NCBI GenBank assembly: GCA_963836205.1 | Contig: CAWIIV010000006.1 | Span: 64,001 to 128,000 of the forward strand | From: an uncultured Acidimicrobiia bacterium | GTDB lineage: Bacteria > Actinomycetota > Acidimicrobiia > Acidimicrobiales > AC-14 | DNA length: 64,000 bases | Direction: 5' to 3' | In this document: positions 10,609-21,949 of the stretch, one piece after another | Layout: every line of letters starts with the position of its first letter | Numbering within the stretch: the first letter of the stretch is position 1 | Notes under the pieces: model-generated | What the model saw: only the letters and a program-made list of their open reading frames with translations | Told to the model about the DNA's origin: nothing | The model's database searches: none | Translations under genes and position numbers: made by a program

Positions 10609-11208
10609 TCACTCCGATGGTTTCGACGACCTCGACGCGGACCATCGTTGGAAGATCCACCGTTCGTCCGGCGTGGCGTCCGTCGGCAGATTCGTGGGCT
10701 TCGCCGCCTGCCAGTCGTCGGTTCCCTCGCGCTTCTCTTCCAGCGAGAACGGCCGGCGGGTGCCGACGTCGTACGTCATCCTGGACCGAAGGCGGCTGGC
10801 GATCTCGCGGAGATGGTCGAACGTCGTGTCGTCGACCCGCTCCACGCTCGTGTCTTCCCATCGGTCGGACGCGACCACCACTCGAACGGCCCGTTGCAAG
10901 GCGATGCAGGCATCGCGGGTCTCCACGGAGAGGTAAAGGCCGCCCTTGTCGAAGTACCAGTCCCGGAGCGCCACCGACAGCGCCTCCAGGTCGTCACGGG
11001 AGGGATTGTCGACACGAGCGAACGCAGCCAAGGGCTTCGTCACCTGCCAGAGATCGCAGTACGCCCCGAGTCGGAGGCCGCGAAGGCTGTCGTCGTACTT
11101 GGCCTCGAGATCCTTGCGGATCTTCCAATGGATGCCGAGATAGGTCCCGATGGCCGAGACCACCAACCCGATGAGCCCGGAGACGAGCGCGGTTCCGAAA
11201 TTGCCCAT
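10609..11208 (-). CDS. Hypothetical protein with an N-terminal TM helix
   Basis: Clean 199 aa ORF with protein-like composition and a hydrophobic N-terminus. Confidence 0.7.
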   Translation of the reverse strand: MGNFGTALVSGLIGLVVSAIGTYLGIHWKIRKDLEAKYDDSLRGLRLGAYCDLWQVTKPLAAFARVDNPSRDDLEALSVALRDWYFDKGGLYLSVETRDACIALQRAVRVVVASDRWEDTSVERVDDTTFDHLREIASRLRSRMTYDVGTRRPFSLEEKREGTDDWQAAKPTNLPTDATPDERWIFQRWSASRSSKPSE

Positions 11209-11277
11209 TTGGTAATCGTCGCGCCGACCGGTTCACCGGGCTCGGATCGGGTCGGCCATATGCCGTACCATATGGTC

Positions 11278-11523
11278 ATGGGCCGCAAGGAAGTGCTCGT
11301 GCAACTCGACGACGACCTCGTCGATCGACTCGACCGGTTGGCCGCTGAGCAGCACACGAGCAGGTCAGAGCTGTTGCGGCGCGGCGCGGCCGCGGTCCTG
11401 GAGGCCGCCGCGCTGACGGCGGCGGACCGCCAGCTTCAGGAGGCGTACCGTCACGTCCCGCAGGACCCGGCGATCGTCGCCGCCGCTGCGCACCTGGCCG
11501 CCATCACCGCGCCGGAGTGGTAG
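11278..11523 (+). CDS. CopG/RHH antitoxin
   Basis: MGRKEVLVQLDDDLVDRLD...SRSELLRR, overlapping the toxin. CCATATG repeats at 11256-11275 are a likely operator. Confidence 0.85.
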   Translation: MGRKEVLVQLDDDLVDRLDRLAAEQHTSRSELLRRGAAAVLEAAALTAADRQLQEAYRHVPQDPAIVAAAAHLAAITAPEW

Positions 11524-11841
11524 CCCGCGGTGACATCGTGTGGGCCGACCTCGGCCCCCCCGCAGGTCGCCGCCCTGTCTGCGTGCTCACTCGGGACGCC
11601 GCGATCGCCGTGCTCACCGCCATCACGTGCGCCCCGATCACCCGAACCAGGCGCGGAATCCGATCGGAGGTCGAGAGTAGGCCAATCTTCGGGGTTGCCG
11701 GAATCGAGCGTGATCAGCTGCGACAACCTGATCACCATCCCGACTGTGCTACTCGACGACGACCCCGTCGGCCACCTCGATCTCCAAACTCGAGCCGACC
11801 TCGACCAAGCCCTCCGCTACGCCCTGGACATCCGATACTGA
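11517..11841 (+). CDS. mazF: MazF/PemK toxin (frameshift near 11675)
   Basis: RGDIVWADL...RRPVCVLTR...APITRT, then SVISCDNLITIP...LDQALRYALDI in a second frame. Confidence 0.88.
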
Positions 11842-12146
11842 CCGCGACCCGCCGATCTCGTATCCCGACGACGAACGACTGATGAGGCCCGAAGCGCCTT
11901 GAGGAGCAAGTTCGGTCCATAGAAGAGGTTCTCTCCCCCGGAAAGCCGATGGACGGAGATGGCCGGATCGAGGTCGAACATCGGGGTCGTTCGTCGGCAC
12001 CCGGATAATGAACGCCGCTCCGACGGACACAGTCCCTGGGTCGTCCAGCCGAGGGACGACTGCGGCGGGGTGTGAGGATCTGCGATTTGGGTCGGTCCGT
12101 CGTATATGGCGACGCACACCCGCCGGTGGGCGGTATGGTAAACGGT

Positions 12147-12404
12147 ATGGCCACCAAGAAGGTCACCGTGACGCTCGACGAGCTACACCTTGATCGAATC
12201 CGGGCGCTTGTCGAGGCGGGGTCGGCACCGAGCGTCTCGGGGTTCGTCCAGCACGCGGTCAATGTCGCCCTCGACGACGTCGCCGGCTGGGGAGCGCTGC
12301 TGGCCGAGGCCCTTCGGGAGACCGGCGGCGCCTTGTCCGACGATGAGCGCGCCTGGGCCGACGGGATCCTGGGTACGTCGCCGGCATCGAGTTCTGCGGC
12401 CTGA
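12147..12404 (+). CDS. Antitoxin (RHH-like)
   Basis: MATKKVTVTLDE...SVSGFVQHAV, coupled to a PIN gene. CGGTATGG direct repeats at 12131-12150. Confidence 0.8.
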   Translation: MATKKVTVTLDELHLDRIRALVEAGSAPSVSGFVQHAVNVALDDVAGWGALLAEALRETGGALSDDERAWADGILGTSPASSSAA

Positions 12405-12781
12405 TGCCAGGCGTGACCCTTGACGCCGGAGCGCTGATCGCACTTGAACGCGGCGACCGCCGCGTCCTGGTCCTCCTCGCCCGGGCGCGGGAGACCGGAG
12501 CCACCATCACGGTGCCGGCGACTGCGCTCGCTCAGGTCGTCCGGGCGCCGGCACGCCAAGTGCGTCTTGCCCGCCTTGTCCGGCAGCCCGCGGCCGAGGT
12601 CGTCCCCCTCGGTAGAGTTGATGCCACGAGCGTCGGCCGTCTCCTCGCTGCGAGCGGGACCGCCGATATCACGGACGCGCATGTCGTTATCTGCGCTCGA
12701 AGAGCAGGCCACCACGTCGCCACTTCGGACCCCAACGACCTTCGGCTGCTCGACCCAAATCTCTGCGTCGTCCTCGTGTGA
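12404..12781 (+). CDS. vapC: PIN-domain (VapC-like) toxin
   Basis: VTLDAGALIA, DITDAHVV, ATSDPND. Confidence 0.88.
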   Translation: MPGVTLDAGALIALERGDRRVLVLLARARETGATITVPATALAQVVRAPARQVRLARLVRQPAAEVVPLGRVDATSVGRLLAASGTADITDAHVVICARRAGHHVATSDPNDLRLLDPNLCVVLV

Positions 12782-13252
12782 GACGGCCGCGCGGGCATTC
12801 GCGGCCGGGCTAGCCAGCCGCCCACCACCGGCGGCTGATGGGCACGGGCCGCTCATCGTCAAGGGGCCCCGGACAATCGGACATTCCGGTGATACCGCTC
12901 ACCCCTACGAGGCCCACGAGCTTTGCGCAAGCGAGAAGGATCGGCACATCATTCTCACCACTGTGCAAGATGCGGGACGAAGGGCATCCTGCGGCCGTGT
13001 CCCCACCTACTTGCACCTCGGGGGCGACGCCACTCGGGGACGACGATGGCAGTGCGTGGACCAACATCCCGCCAACACATCGGTTCGGAGAGGTCTCATT
13101 GAGCTAAGCGCGCGAGTCGAAGGGCGGCATCGGTTGGTTCGATCGCTTACGGCGGCAATTTCATCCGGGCTTCGCTGCGAAGATGTCCCTTTGCGCGGCG
13201 ACGTTAATGCGCGCACGCCCTAAGGGTGCTCGCAAAGTTGCGTTAAGCTCCT

Positions 13253-13660
13253 CTAGGTGCGCTGGCAGAAGTTCTTCGCGTAATAGGCCGACCAGACGTC
13301 ATAACAAGTGACGTTTAGGAGAATCCCGCCGCTCGCATAATAGTACTTCGAACGATTGGTGCTGCCCCACTTTTGAGGGGATCCACCGCAACCGACGTGT
13401 AGGCGCACCTGTGTGAGATCTCCGGAGTAGCTGATCGATGCACTGTAATTAGCTTCGTAAGGTGCGCCGCTAACAGCTTTCCAAGAGGCCCACTTGCTCC
13501 CGCCTTTGGTGCTCTCAATCCAGACGCCGACCACAGAATTCTGTGACACGCACATTACTTCGCCGCGAACACTGACGGTGCCTGCACGGGCTGGTGGTGC
13601 TACCACCATTACTAGCGCGGTGACCGTCAGCGTTATCACAGCGACTCGGACTTTCCCCAT
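13253..13660 (-). CDS. Secreted hypothetical protein
   Basis: Signal-peptide-like N-terminus ending PPARA, four Cys, visibly AT-richer codons. Confidence 0.65.
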   Translation of the reverse strand: MGKVRVAVITLTVTALVMVVAPPARAGTVSVRGEVMCVSQNSVVGVWIESTKGGSKWASWKAVSGAPYEANYSASISYSGDLTQVRLHVGCGGSPQKWGSTNRSKYYYASGGILLNVTCYDVWSAYYAKNFCQRT

Positions 13661-14019
13661 GGCCCCTCCCACATCTTGGGTGCGCCGCCCCATGGCGGGC
13701 TACGGAGAGAGTACACAAACGCCAGCAGGACGCGCCTTGCACTGGAGGCCGAGTCCGCACCCTCCATCCGCTCGGTCTTATCGCGCGGCGCCACGGCGAG
13801 CGCCCCTTGCTCTCCTGGCCGGGATGGCGGATGCCCGTGCGGGCGGAGCACCGGCCGGGGAAACAGGTCGTATTGCCCCGAGCCGGGCTTGGGCAGGGGC
13901 GGTGGAGGTATCGGGTTCTTACCGAGGGAGACACACGGACGAGGAGCCGATTGCCGGCCGATAAGGACCGGTTCTACCGCACACCGGCACGCCCAAGTCT
14001 CGCATGGCCGAAAGTGCTG

Positions 14020-14946
14020 TCACCGATTGAGCCTTGGCCGGCGGGGCTTCTGTCCACTGATGAGGACCGGGCTAACCATCTCACCGTACGCCACCCCGAG
14101 TAGGGCAGCAGTCAATAACTCCGCTGCGTCATGTTTCGTCAACGGGCTCGGCGACAGGGCGCGATGCGCTTGGTAGTTGCGGAGCTTGTTCAGACGATTG
14201 AGAACCCCACGAATAGAATCGAGTAGCGGTGGAACCTTGCCTAACGCGGCAACGACCGGCAACAACACGTTTAGCTGGTGACTGTATGTGGCCACCTCGA
14301 GAAGCCGGTGTACACGATCGTGGCCAGCATAACGATCAAGACTTGCCCGCACAAGAGGCGTAACAACAGACTCGACCGCGACATTCGCAGGAATAATCGC
14401 GTCGATGTATCGTTCGTTGACGAAGGCGCTCATCGCGTTGACCAACTGCCTTTGAGGCGTGTGCTCACCACGCGGCATCCAAACAACAGCCATGGTCAGA
14501 TGGTCGCCCTGCCCTTCACTGGTGGCGAGCCCAGTCAGAGACAGTTGGCGCGGTGCTTCAGCCGGGAAGCGTTCCGGGAGAGCGATATGGGGAACGACAG
14601 TTAGGCTCTCGGCATCGGGAGCTGAGAACACCGCGAGTATATCGGCGTCAAGTGGGACACCGTACTCGCTCAAGTCGATCGTGATGGGCATTCCGGCGAG
14701 CGGTGATACTCGAAAGAAAGGGACACGCGCTCCAACTATTGCCATCGCAACTTCAGGCTGCGCCTGCAAAGCCAGATAGTCGCGGAGAGCGACGGGAAGA
14801 TCGATGTTCACTCCACAGCGCTCGCACGGTAGAGCCTGGTCCCAAAGGTAGACCTGTAGCTCTGCCGGCAGAAGGAGGTTCGGGTTGTGACAACCCGGGC
14901 ACGGAAGTTGCGGTGCCCACTGCGGATGGTACTGCCGCGGTGCCAA
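14020..14946 (-). CDS. Zn-ribbon plus HEPN-like hypothetical protein
   Basis: CPGC...CERC at the N-terminus. Helical C-terminus with ANVAVES and RNYQAH (Rx4H). AT-richer than the flanks. Confidence 0.6.
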   Translation of the reverse strand: MAPRQYHPQWAPQLPCPGCHNPNLLLPAELQVYLWDQALPCERCGVNIDLPVALRDYLALQAQPEVAMAIVGARVPFFRVSPLAGMPITIDLSEYGVPLDADILAVFSAPDAESLTVVPHIALPERFPAEAPRQLSLTGLATSEGQGDHLTMAVVWMPRGEHTPQRQLVNAMSAFVNERYIDAIIPANVAVESVVTPLVRASLDRYAGHDRVHRLLEVATYSHQLNVLLPVVAALGKVPPLLDSIRGVLNRLNKLRNYQAHRALSPSPLTKHDAAELLTAALLGVAYGEMVSPVLISGQKPRRPRLNR

Positions 14947-15096
14947 CTACAGCTCCGGATACGAGGAGGGCGACAGCGGAGGGAGAATGCTCAGGCTACA
15001 AGTCTGCCATCAACAACGCCGGCTCACGAATAGCGAAAGGATGAGCCGGTGGACGGTGAGACTGCCGGCCCTCAATATCTTACTCGGGCTGTGCGG

Positions 15097-15300
15097 CTAC
15101 GGGTTTCCCGGAGCTTGGCGCCGTCGCTTCACGTCGACTGCGATCAACAGCGCAACGACCGGCAACGCGATCAGGATCATCGCCAACGTGCCGACCGATT
15201 GTGTGAGGAACCAGACGAGCATCCCGCCTACGATTTCGCTCAGAACCAGCATGATGGTCACGCGGACGCGAATCGATCCGAGGCTTGTCACCGCGAACAT
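15097..15300 (-). CDS. Small two-TM hypothetical protein
   Basis: 67 aa, two hydrophobic helices and a basic tail. Confidence 0.4.
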   Translation of the reverse strand: MFAVTSLGSIRVRVTIMLVLSEIVGGMLVWFLTQSVGTLAMILIALPVVALLIAVDVKRRRQAPGNP

Positions 15301-15521
15301 CGGTCAGCCAGCGTCAGCTCAGCTCGTGCCTCAGCTCGTTTCCGGGGACGGAATCCATACCCAGAGTGACAGACAGGACGGCGTACAGGGTCGTGATCGA
15401 TAAGAAGGGCCGGATACATCGCGAGGGTGCTGGCAGGTCGCCTGACGAGGAACGGCGTGAACGCGCTGTTATCGACGGCGCGCCAGTATGAGCCGCACCC
15501 GCCGCGGGCTCGCCAGATACT

Positions 15522-15887
15522 TCAGCGACGACTTCGAAATGCCTCGACGATGGCGTTTTCGACATCGAGGCCCGACGCCGCCCGCACGAGAAGATCGCCG
15601 AGGACACGATCGTCGGGGGGAACGACCTGCTCACCGTCGATCCCGTTGCGATCAAGCAGCCACTTCGCCAGCAGCAGGGCTGTGCGCTTGTTTCCCTCAG
15701 CAAAACCCTGCGCCCGAGCAATGCGGTACGCGAGAACGGCAGCGGCGTCGATCGGGTCATCGACCTCATCGACGGCAGCAAGCGCCCTTTGAACCCGGTC
15801 GAGATCGTCAGGCTCATCGAACCACTCGTCAACATCACGAACGGCGCGGTTGAAGGCGATGGCAATCGCGATGGTCGGGCGCCTCAA
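15522..15887 (-). CDS. doc: Doc/Fic-family toxin
   Basis: QGFAEGNKRTA matches HxFx(D/E)GNKR except at the His. Confidence 0.85.
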   Translation of the reverse strand: MRRPTIAIAIAFNRAVRDVDEWFDEPDDLDRVQRALAAVDEVDDPIDAAAVLAYRIARAQGFAEGNKRTALLLAKWLLDRNGIDGEQVVPPDDRVLGDLLVRAASGLDVENAIVEAFRSRR

Positions 15888-16006
15888 TGCTCGCGAAGAT
15901 AGGCAAGCAGCTCGCGATAGCGATCGAGCTGCTCGTCAAGCCAGACGCGGTCCTCGGCGTCGAGGGCGGTCTCCTCCTCCTCGATCACCTGCTTCGCGTC
16001 TGTCAT
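15884..16006 (-). CDS. 40-aa putative antitoxin (not in ORF track)
   Basis: MTDAKQVIEEEETALDAEDRVWLDEQLDRYRELLAYLREH; acidic, and its stop overlaps the Doc start (TTGA). Confidence 0.7.
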   Translation of the reverse strand: MTDAKQVIEEEETALDAEDRVWLDEQLDRYRELLAYLREH

Positions 16007-16290
16007 GGTCCAAGCGTACCGCTGTGCCCCCACGGCCGTCATCGGCACCGGTCGTCGGGTTCAGGCATCCGGTACTGCTGGATATGCGGGCAATCCGTGA
16101 CGAGGGTTGGGGGCCGTCCGCGAGACGGCGCTCGACCCTCTGGAAGGAGCCCGGCGGTGCGGCGCCATTGATGTGCAGGTCCTGGCGCGAAGGCGGGGAT
16201 CACTCCTGCTGCCGCCGCGTCCAACCCTTGCGCCCAGCACGGGCCTCGGCCGCTGCGTAGTTGCTCGGCGACGCGACGACTCCGTCGAGT

Positions 16291-19200
16291 TCAGCCGATG
16301 GCGCGGCGGACGGTGCGGGTGGCGACGACGAGGGCGTCGAGGCGGAGGGTGGGCTCGGCGTCGATGCGGCGGAGGAGGGCGGTCATCTCGGCCGAGTGGC
16401 GGGTCTGGGCGGCCAGGAACTTCGCCACCGCCTCGCCGACCTCCACGTCGGAGGCCGCCGCGAGGGCCCGGCGGGCGGCCTGGCGGCGGAGGTCGTCGAG
16501 GTCGTCGAGCAGGCCCCGGATGGCGTCGTGCGACCACCGGTCGCCCTCTTGGACGGCCACGTTGCGGAGGCGCTCCACGAGTTGGTCGATGCCCAGCGCC
16601 TCCTCCACCGCCACCAACGCTTTCGCCACGCCAATCACGGGCCGGCCGGTGTCGCGGGCCACCTCGGCCACGTCGGCCACCATCTCCAGCTCGCCGATGC
16701 ACGCCCACCGCACGGCAGCGTCGGGCTCGATCCCGTCGTCGACCAAAACCTCGGCCAGGCGGGCTCGCCGGCGGTGGCGGAGGGCGGTCTCCAACTCCGG
16801 CAAGCGCCGCCTCCAGTACCGAGGCGGTGGGACGGTCCCGGGCGACGACGGCGGCGATGTCGGCGCCCACCGCCCCGACGGAGGTAGTCACGGGTCAGCG
16901 ACTCGAGCACCGTCCGCACGACGGTCACCTGCTCGTGCACCAGCCGCCGGCCCAGCCCCCCTTCGCCGTCGAGGTCACGCCACCAGGCCGCCGCCCCGAC
17001 CACGTCCCGCGCGATCCACCAGGCGGCGGCCACCTCGGCCTGGTTCGACCGGGTGTCGGCCGCCAATCGGGAGGCGAACGTGACTCCCATGCGGTCGACC
17101 ACCTCGTTGGCGACCACCGACGAGATCAGCTCCCGGCGCAGGCGGTGACGGTCGAAGAGGTGACCCCAGCGGGCAGCGAGCCGGGCGGGGAAGTACGACT
17201 CCAGCGCCGCCCGCAACGCGGGCTGGTCGGGCATCCCCGACGCCAGCAGGGCCGCAGTCAGCCCCCGCTTGGCGCCGGCCAGCAGCACCGCCAGCTCGGG
17301 ACGGGTCAGGCCGGCGCCGGCCCGGGCCCGGGCCGCCATCTCCGCCGTGGTCGGCAGTGCCTCCACCGCCCGGTCGAGGACGCCCGCCTGGCCCAGCTCC
17401 ACCATCAGGCGCTCGATCGCCCCCACCCGACCGGCACTCGCGGCGGTGGCCCACGTCAGGGCCATGCTCTGGCGGGCGCTGTCGTGCAGGACCGCCGCCA
17501 CCACGTCGTCGCACACATCGGCCAGCACCGAGTCCCGCTCGGCCGCCGTCATCTCGCCCGCCTCCACCGCCGGCCGCAGGAGGATCTTGAGGTTGACCTC
17601 CCGGTCGGAGATGTCGACGCCGGCCGAGTTGTCGATGGCATCGGTGTTGATGTGCCCACCCCGGCGGGCGTACTCGATGCGGGCCCGCTGGGTGAAGGCC
17701 AGGTTGGCCCCCTCCCCCACCACCCGGGCCCGCACCTGTGACCCCGTCACCCGGACCTCGGCGTTGGCCCGGTCATCGATCTCCCGGTCGGGCTCGTCGC
17801 TGGCCCGCACGAACGTCCCCACCCCGCCGGCGAAGAGCAGCCCGACCGGCGCCTGGAGGATGGCCCGGATCAGCTCCGGCGGGGAAAGCTGCTCCACCGA
17901 CGGGTCGAGCCGCAGCGCGCCCCGGACCTGGGCGCTCACCGGGATGCGCTTGTCGAGCCGTGACCACACCCCTCCGCCGGCGGAGATGAGCGAACGGTCG
18001 TAGTCCTGCCACGAGGATCGGGGCACCGCGAACAGCCGGGCCCGCTCCCGGTAGGAGGCCGTCGGGTCGGGGTCGGGGTCGAGGAAGATGTCGCGGTGGT
18101 CGAAGGCGGCCACCAGCCGGATGCGGTCGGACTGGAGCATGGCGTTGCCGAACACGTCGCCCGACATGTCGCCGATGCCCGCAACGGTCACCGGCTCGGC
18201 CCCGCCGTCCCCCTCGACGTCGAGGTCGATGTCGAGCTCGGCGAAGTGGTGGCGCACGGCCACCCACGCCCCCCGGGCGGTGATGCCCAGCTTCTTGTGG
18301 TCGTAGCCCCGCGACCCTCCCGAGGCGAAAGCGTCGCCCAGCCAGAACCCGTGCTCCTCGCTCAACCGGTTGGCCAGGTCGGAGAAGGTGGCGGTGCCCC
18401 GGTCGGCGGCCACGACCAGGTAGGGGTCGTCGCCGTCACGCCGGCGGGGGATGCCCACCACCCGGTTGCCGACCACGTTGTCGGTGACCTCCAGCAGGCT
18501 GGACACGAAGATCTCGTAGCCCCGGCGCACGTCGACCCCTCCGTCGCGGCGCACCACGAACCCGCCTTTGGCCCCGGTGGGCACGATGACGGCGTTCTTC
18601 AACACCTGGGCCCGCATGAGTCCCAGCACCTCGCTGCGGTAGTCGTCGGGCCTTTCGCTCCACCGGATCCCGCCCCGAGCCACCGGCCCCCACCGCAGGT
18701 GGACGCCCTCCACGTCGGGTCCGTAGACGAAGATCTCCCGGTAGGGGACGGGCCGGGGGATGTCGGGCACCGCCGCGCTGTCGAACTTCAGGGCCAGGTG
18801 CGACCCCTGCCCCGCGCCCAGGTAGCGGTTCGTACGCAGGGTGGCGTCGACCAGGGCGAGAAAGCCCCGGAGGATGCGGTCGTGGTCGAGGCGGGGGACG
18901 GCGTCGCAGCCGTCGACGATCCGGTGTCGCAGCTCCTCCGCGATCGACGTGCCCGCTGCCCGCACGGGGTCGAAGCGGGCCTCGAACAGCTCGAGAATCG
19001 CCCGGGTGACGACGGCGTTGTCGACGAGCACGTCGTTGACGTACTGGCTGGTGAACGTCGTCCCCACCTGGCTGCGGTAGCGGCGGTAGGCCCGGAGGAC
19101 GGCCACGTCGTCCCACGGCACGCCCGCCCGCAGCACCAGCCGGTTGAGGGAGTCGACCTCGGTTCGGCGGTCCCACATGGCCAGGGCGGCCTCGGCCAGC

Positions 19201-21026
19201 CGGCGGCCGTCCCCCTCGATGTCGAGGGCCCGACCGGTGGGGTCGGTGACGGCGAAGTCGTGCAGGTGGGCGGAGGCCTCGGCCGAGCCGAGGGTGTACG
19301 GCACCTCCTCGACGGCCCACAGACCCAGGCTCTCGATGATGGGCAGGAACCGGGACAGCTCCACCGCCCGGCCCCGGCTGAACACCTTCAATCGGGCGTG
19401 GGCCCCGCCCTGCGGGTCGAGCGCGAGCACAACCGCGACGTCGCGGTCGGCGGCGAAGAGCGCGTCGAGCTGGAGGACGTCGTCGACCGCGGCCGGGGCG
19501 TGGACCGCGTCCCGGTACCGGGAGGGGAACCAGTCGGCCCAGGCGTGGGCCAGGCGAGTGGCCCGGCCGTCGCCCACCCGGTCGGCCAGGGCCTGGGCCA
19601 GCTCCTCGTCCCACGTGCGGCACAGCAGACGCACCTCCCGCTCGAGTGCGTGCAGCGGCGGCTCAGGGAGGGGGCCGTCGACCTGCACCACCAGCCGGGC
19701 GATCACGTCGGCGCCCTCGACCAGGGAGACGTTGGCGTCGACCCGGGTGCCGTCGAGCTGGGCCACGAGGAAGCGCTCGATGCGCTGGCGCAGGGCGGTG
19801 GAGTAGAGCTCCGGGGGGACGGAGAGCAGGGCCGACACAGTGTGGTCGGCCGGCTCCACCTGGAGCATGACCTGGACGTCGTTGGTCTGCTCGGCCGCGG
19901 CCAGGCCCATGATGACGCCCCGCAGGGTCTCCACGTCGGCCTCGAACAGCTCTTCCTTGGGCAGGACCTGGAACAGCGACACGAGCGTGTTCTCGTCGTA
20001 GCCACCCGCGACCACGTCCTCCAGCTCGAGGATGCGGCGGAGCTTGAACCGCAGCATCGGGGTGACGACCGCAGGCTCGGCCGCCGCCTTGCGGCTGAAG
20101 ACGCCCACCACCCGGAAGCTGCCCACCACCTGGCCCTCGGGGCCCACGTCGACCGCGTCGATGCGGTGCATCGGCACCTGGCGGTGGACGGTGCTGATCT
20201 CGGCCGTGCGCACGATGCGGACCGGCTGGTCGGGCGCGGCGGCACCGGCTGCACCGGCGGCAGCGGCGGCTTCGACCTCGGCGGGCGGCGGCGGCTCGGT
20301 GGGAATGCCGAGGATGTCGAGGACCTCGGCGCCAACCCGCCGGCAGCACCCCTCGAGCACGAAGTTGTCGTCGAGGAGCCACTCCAGGAGGTCGGCCCCC
20401 TCGGCCACCTCCTCGGCCGGGTAGCGGAGGGCGGCGTGGGCCCGCAGCCGGGCGGCGGCGGCGGACACCTGCTCCCGCATGGCCAGGAAGTCGCCGGTGG
20501 CCGAGAACACGTCGCCGAGAACCGCCTGGAGCGCGCTCACCAACGGACGCCGGGCCTCCGGGGCCACCCGTCCCCCCAGCTCGGCCTGGAGGAACGACTC
20601 CCGGTGCTCGGCGTCGCGGGCGGGGAGGATGGCGCGCAGCCGCCCGTCCGCACCCCGCTCGCTGCCGAAGACGGGGTGGAGCATGCGGGTCACCTTGTGG
20701 CCCAGGCGGTGGAGCTCCTCCTTCACCGTGGTCACGATGAACTGGCGGTCCTCGCAGTTGACCTGGACGACGGTGCCGGTGGAGTGCCAGCCGTCGATCG
20801 TCACCCGGGGGTCGACCAGGCGCACCCGGATCTCGCCCGGCGGGCGGGCGTCGACGAAGTCGAAGGCGTCGACCAGGGCCACCGCGACGGAGACCTGGTC
20901 GCCGTCGTCCAGCTCCTCGGCCGGCACCCGCCGGAGCACCGCCCGGGCGAAGGCCTCGGCCAGGACGCCCCTCTCCCCCGGCGGGCCCACCAGGGCGAGC
21001 ATCGGCTCGAGCGCGTCCTCCTCCAT
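16291..21026 (-). CDS. gdh: Large NAD-specific glutamate dehydrogenase (frameshift near 16830)
   Basis: VEGVHLRWGPVARGGIRWSER, KNAVIVPTGAKGGF, YLVVAADRGTATFSD, GDAFASGGS, GIGDMSGDVFGN, NTDAIDNSAGV. Confidence 0.95.
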
Positions 21027-21949
21027 CACGCGGCGCGGACCAGGTCGCGCACCTTGGCCAGGCGGTCGAACGACGCCAAGACCTCGTCGTGGTCGTCCGC
21101 CAGGTGGCGGACAAGGACGTCGGTGTAGCCCAGCTCGCCCAGGCGGAGGAAGGCCTCCGCCACCTCCTCGGGGCCGCCCACCACCGGCGCGTCCGGCGGC
21201 AGGCCCCGGTAGCCGGCGGCGACGACGGGGTCGGCCACCCGGTGGGCGTCGGCCGAATCGGCCCCCACGTGGACGTCGCGGCGGATGGCAACCACGCCCG
21301 GCGGCCGGCCGAGGGCGGCTCGCCGGTCGAGGTAGGTGTCGGCCTGGGTCCGGGCCTCGTCGAGCGGTAGCCATGGGCCCGCGATCCACCCGTCGCCCAG
21401 GCGGGCGGCGCGGTCGATGCCCTTGGGCGCGCCCGCCCCGATCCACACGTCGACGGGCGTGGGCGGGAGCGGTCCGACGCGAGCATCCGCGATGCGCACC
21501 GGCCGCTCCTCGCTCACCGTCTCCCCGGCCAGGAGGCGGCGGACGATGTCGAGGGAGGCCTCCAGGTCGCCCGCCCGCCGGCCGAGGGTCGCGCCCATGC
21601 CCGCGAACTGGGCCTCCCCGTCGCCCAGTCCGACCTGGAGGACGAACGGCCCCCGAGCCAGGGCGGCCAGGGTGCCGACCTGCTCCGCCACCAGCACCGG
21701 GTGCCAGAGAGGCAGGAGGAACAGCGCCCCCGCCGGCCGGTCGCCCCATTCCCCCAGCAGCCGGCCGAGGATGGGGACGTTCTGGAGATAGTTCGAGCCG
21801 GTGACGTGGTGGTCGCCCACGAACAGCGAGTCGAGGCCGGCGGCCCGGGCGGCCCGGGTGCGCTCCACCATGCGCCGGACCGCCACCCGGGGCTCGACCG
21901 CTCCGTATCCGCTCCGCAGCGATACACCGACTCGCATCGGGAGCATCAT
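21026..21949 (-). CDS. LLM-class (luciferase-like) oxidoreductase
   Basis: GLDSLFVGDHH, HPVLVAEQVGTL, VWIGAG...RAARLGDGWI; ATGA-coupled. Confidence 0.9.
   Translation of the reverse strand: MMLPMRVGVSLRSGYGAVEPRVAVRRMVERTRAARAAGLDSLFVGDHHVTGSNYLQNVPILGRLLGEWGDRPAGALFLLPLWHPVLVAEQVGTLAALARGPFVLQVGLGDGEAQFAGMGATLGRRAGDLEASLDIVRRLLAGETVSEERPVRIADARVGPLPPTPVDVWIGAGAPKGIDRAARLGDGWIAGPWLPLDEARTQADTYLDRRAALGRPPGVVAIRRDVHVGADSADAHRVADPVVAAGYRGLPPDAPVVGGPEEVAEAFLRLGELGYTDVLVRHLADDHDEVLASFDRLAKVRDLVRAA

Noticed and set aside
11842-13250. Possible gene relics at 11842-12120 and 12790-13250
   Set aside because: Only short protein-like fragments; no family could be supported.
18096-21128. Long Arg/Gly/Pro-rich or antisense ORFs here and throughout (e.g. 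55830-59051)
   Set aside because: Shadow frames expected in GC-rich DNA opposite well-supported genes.
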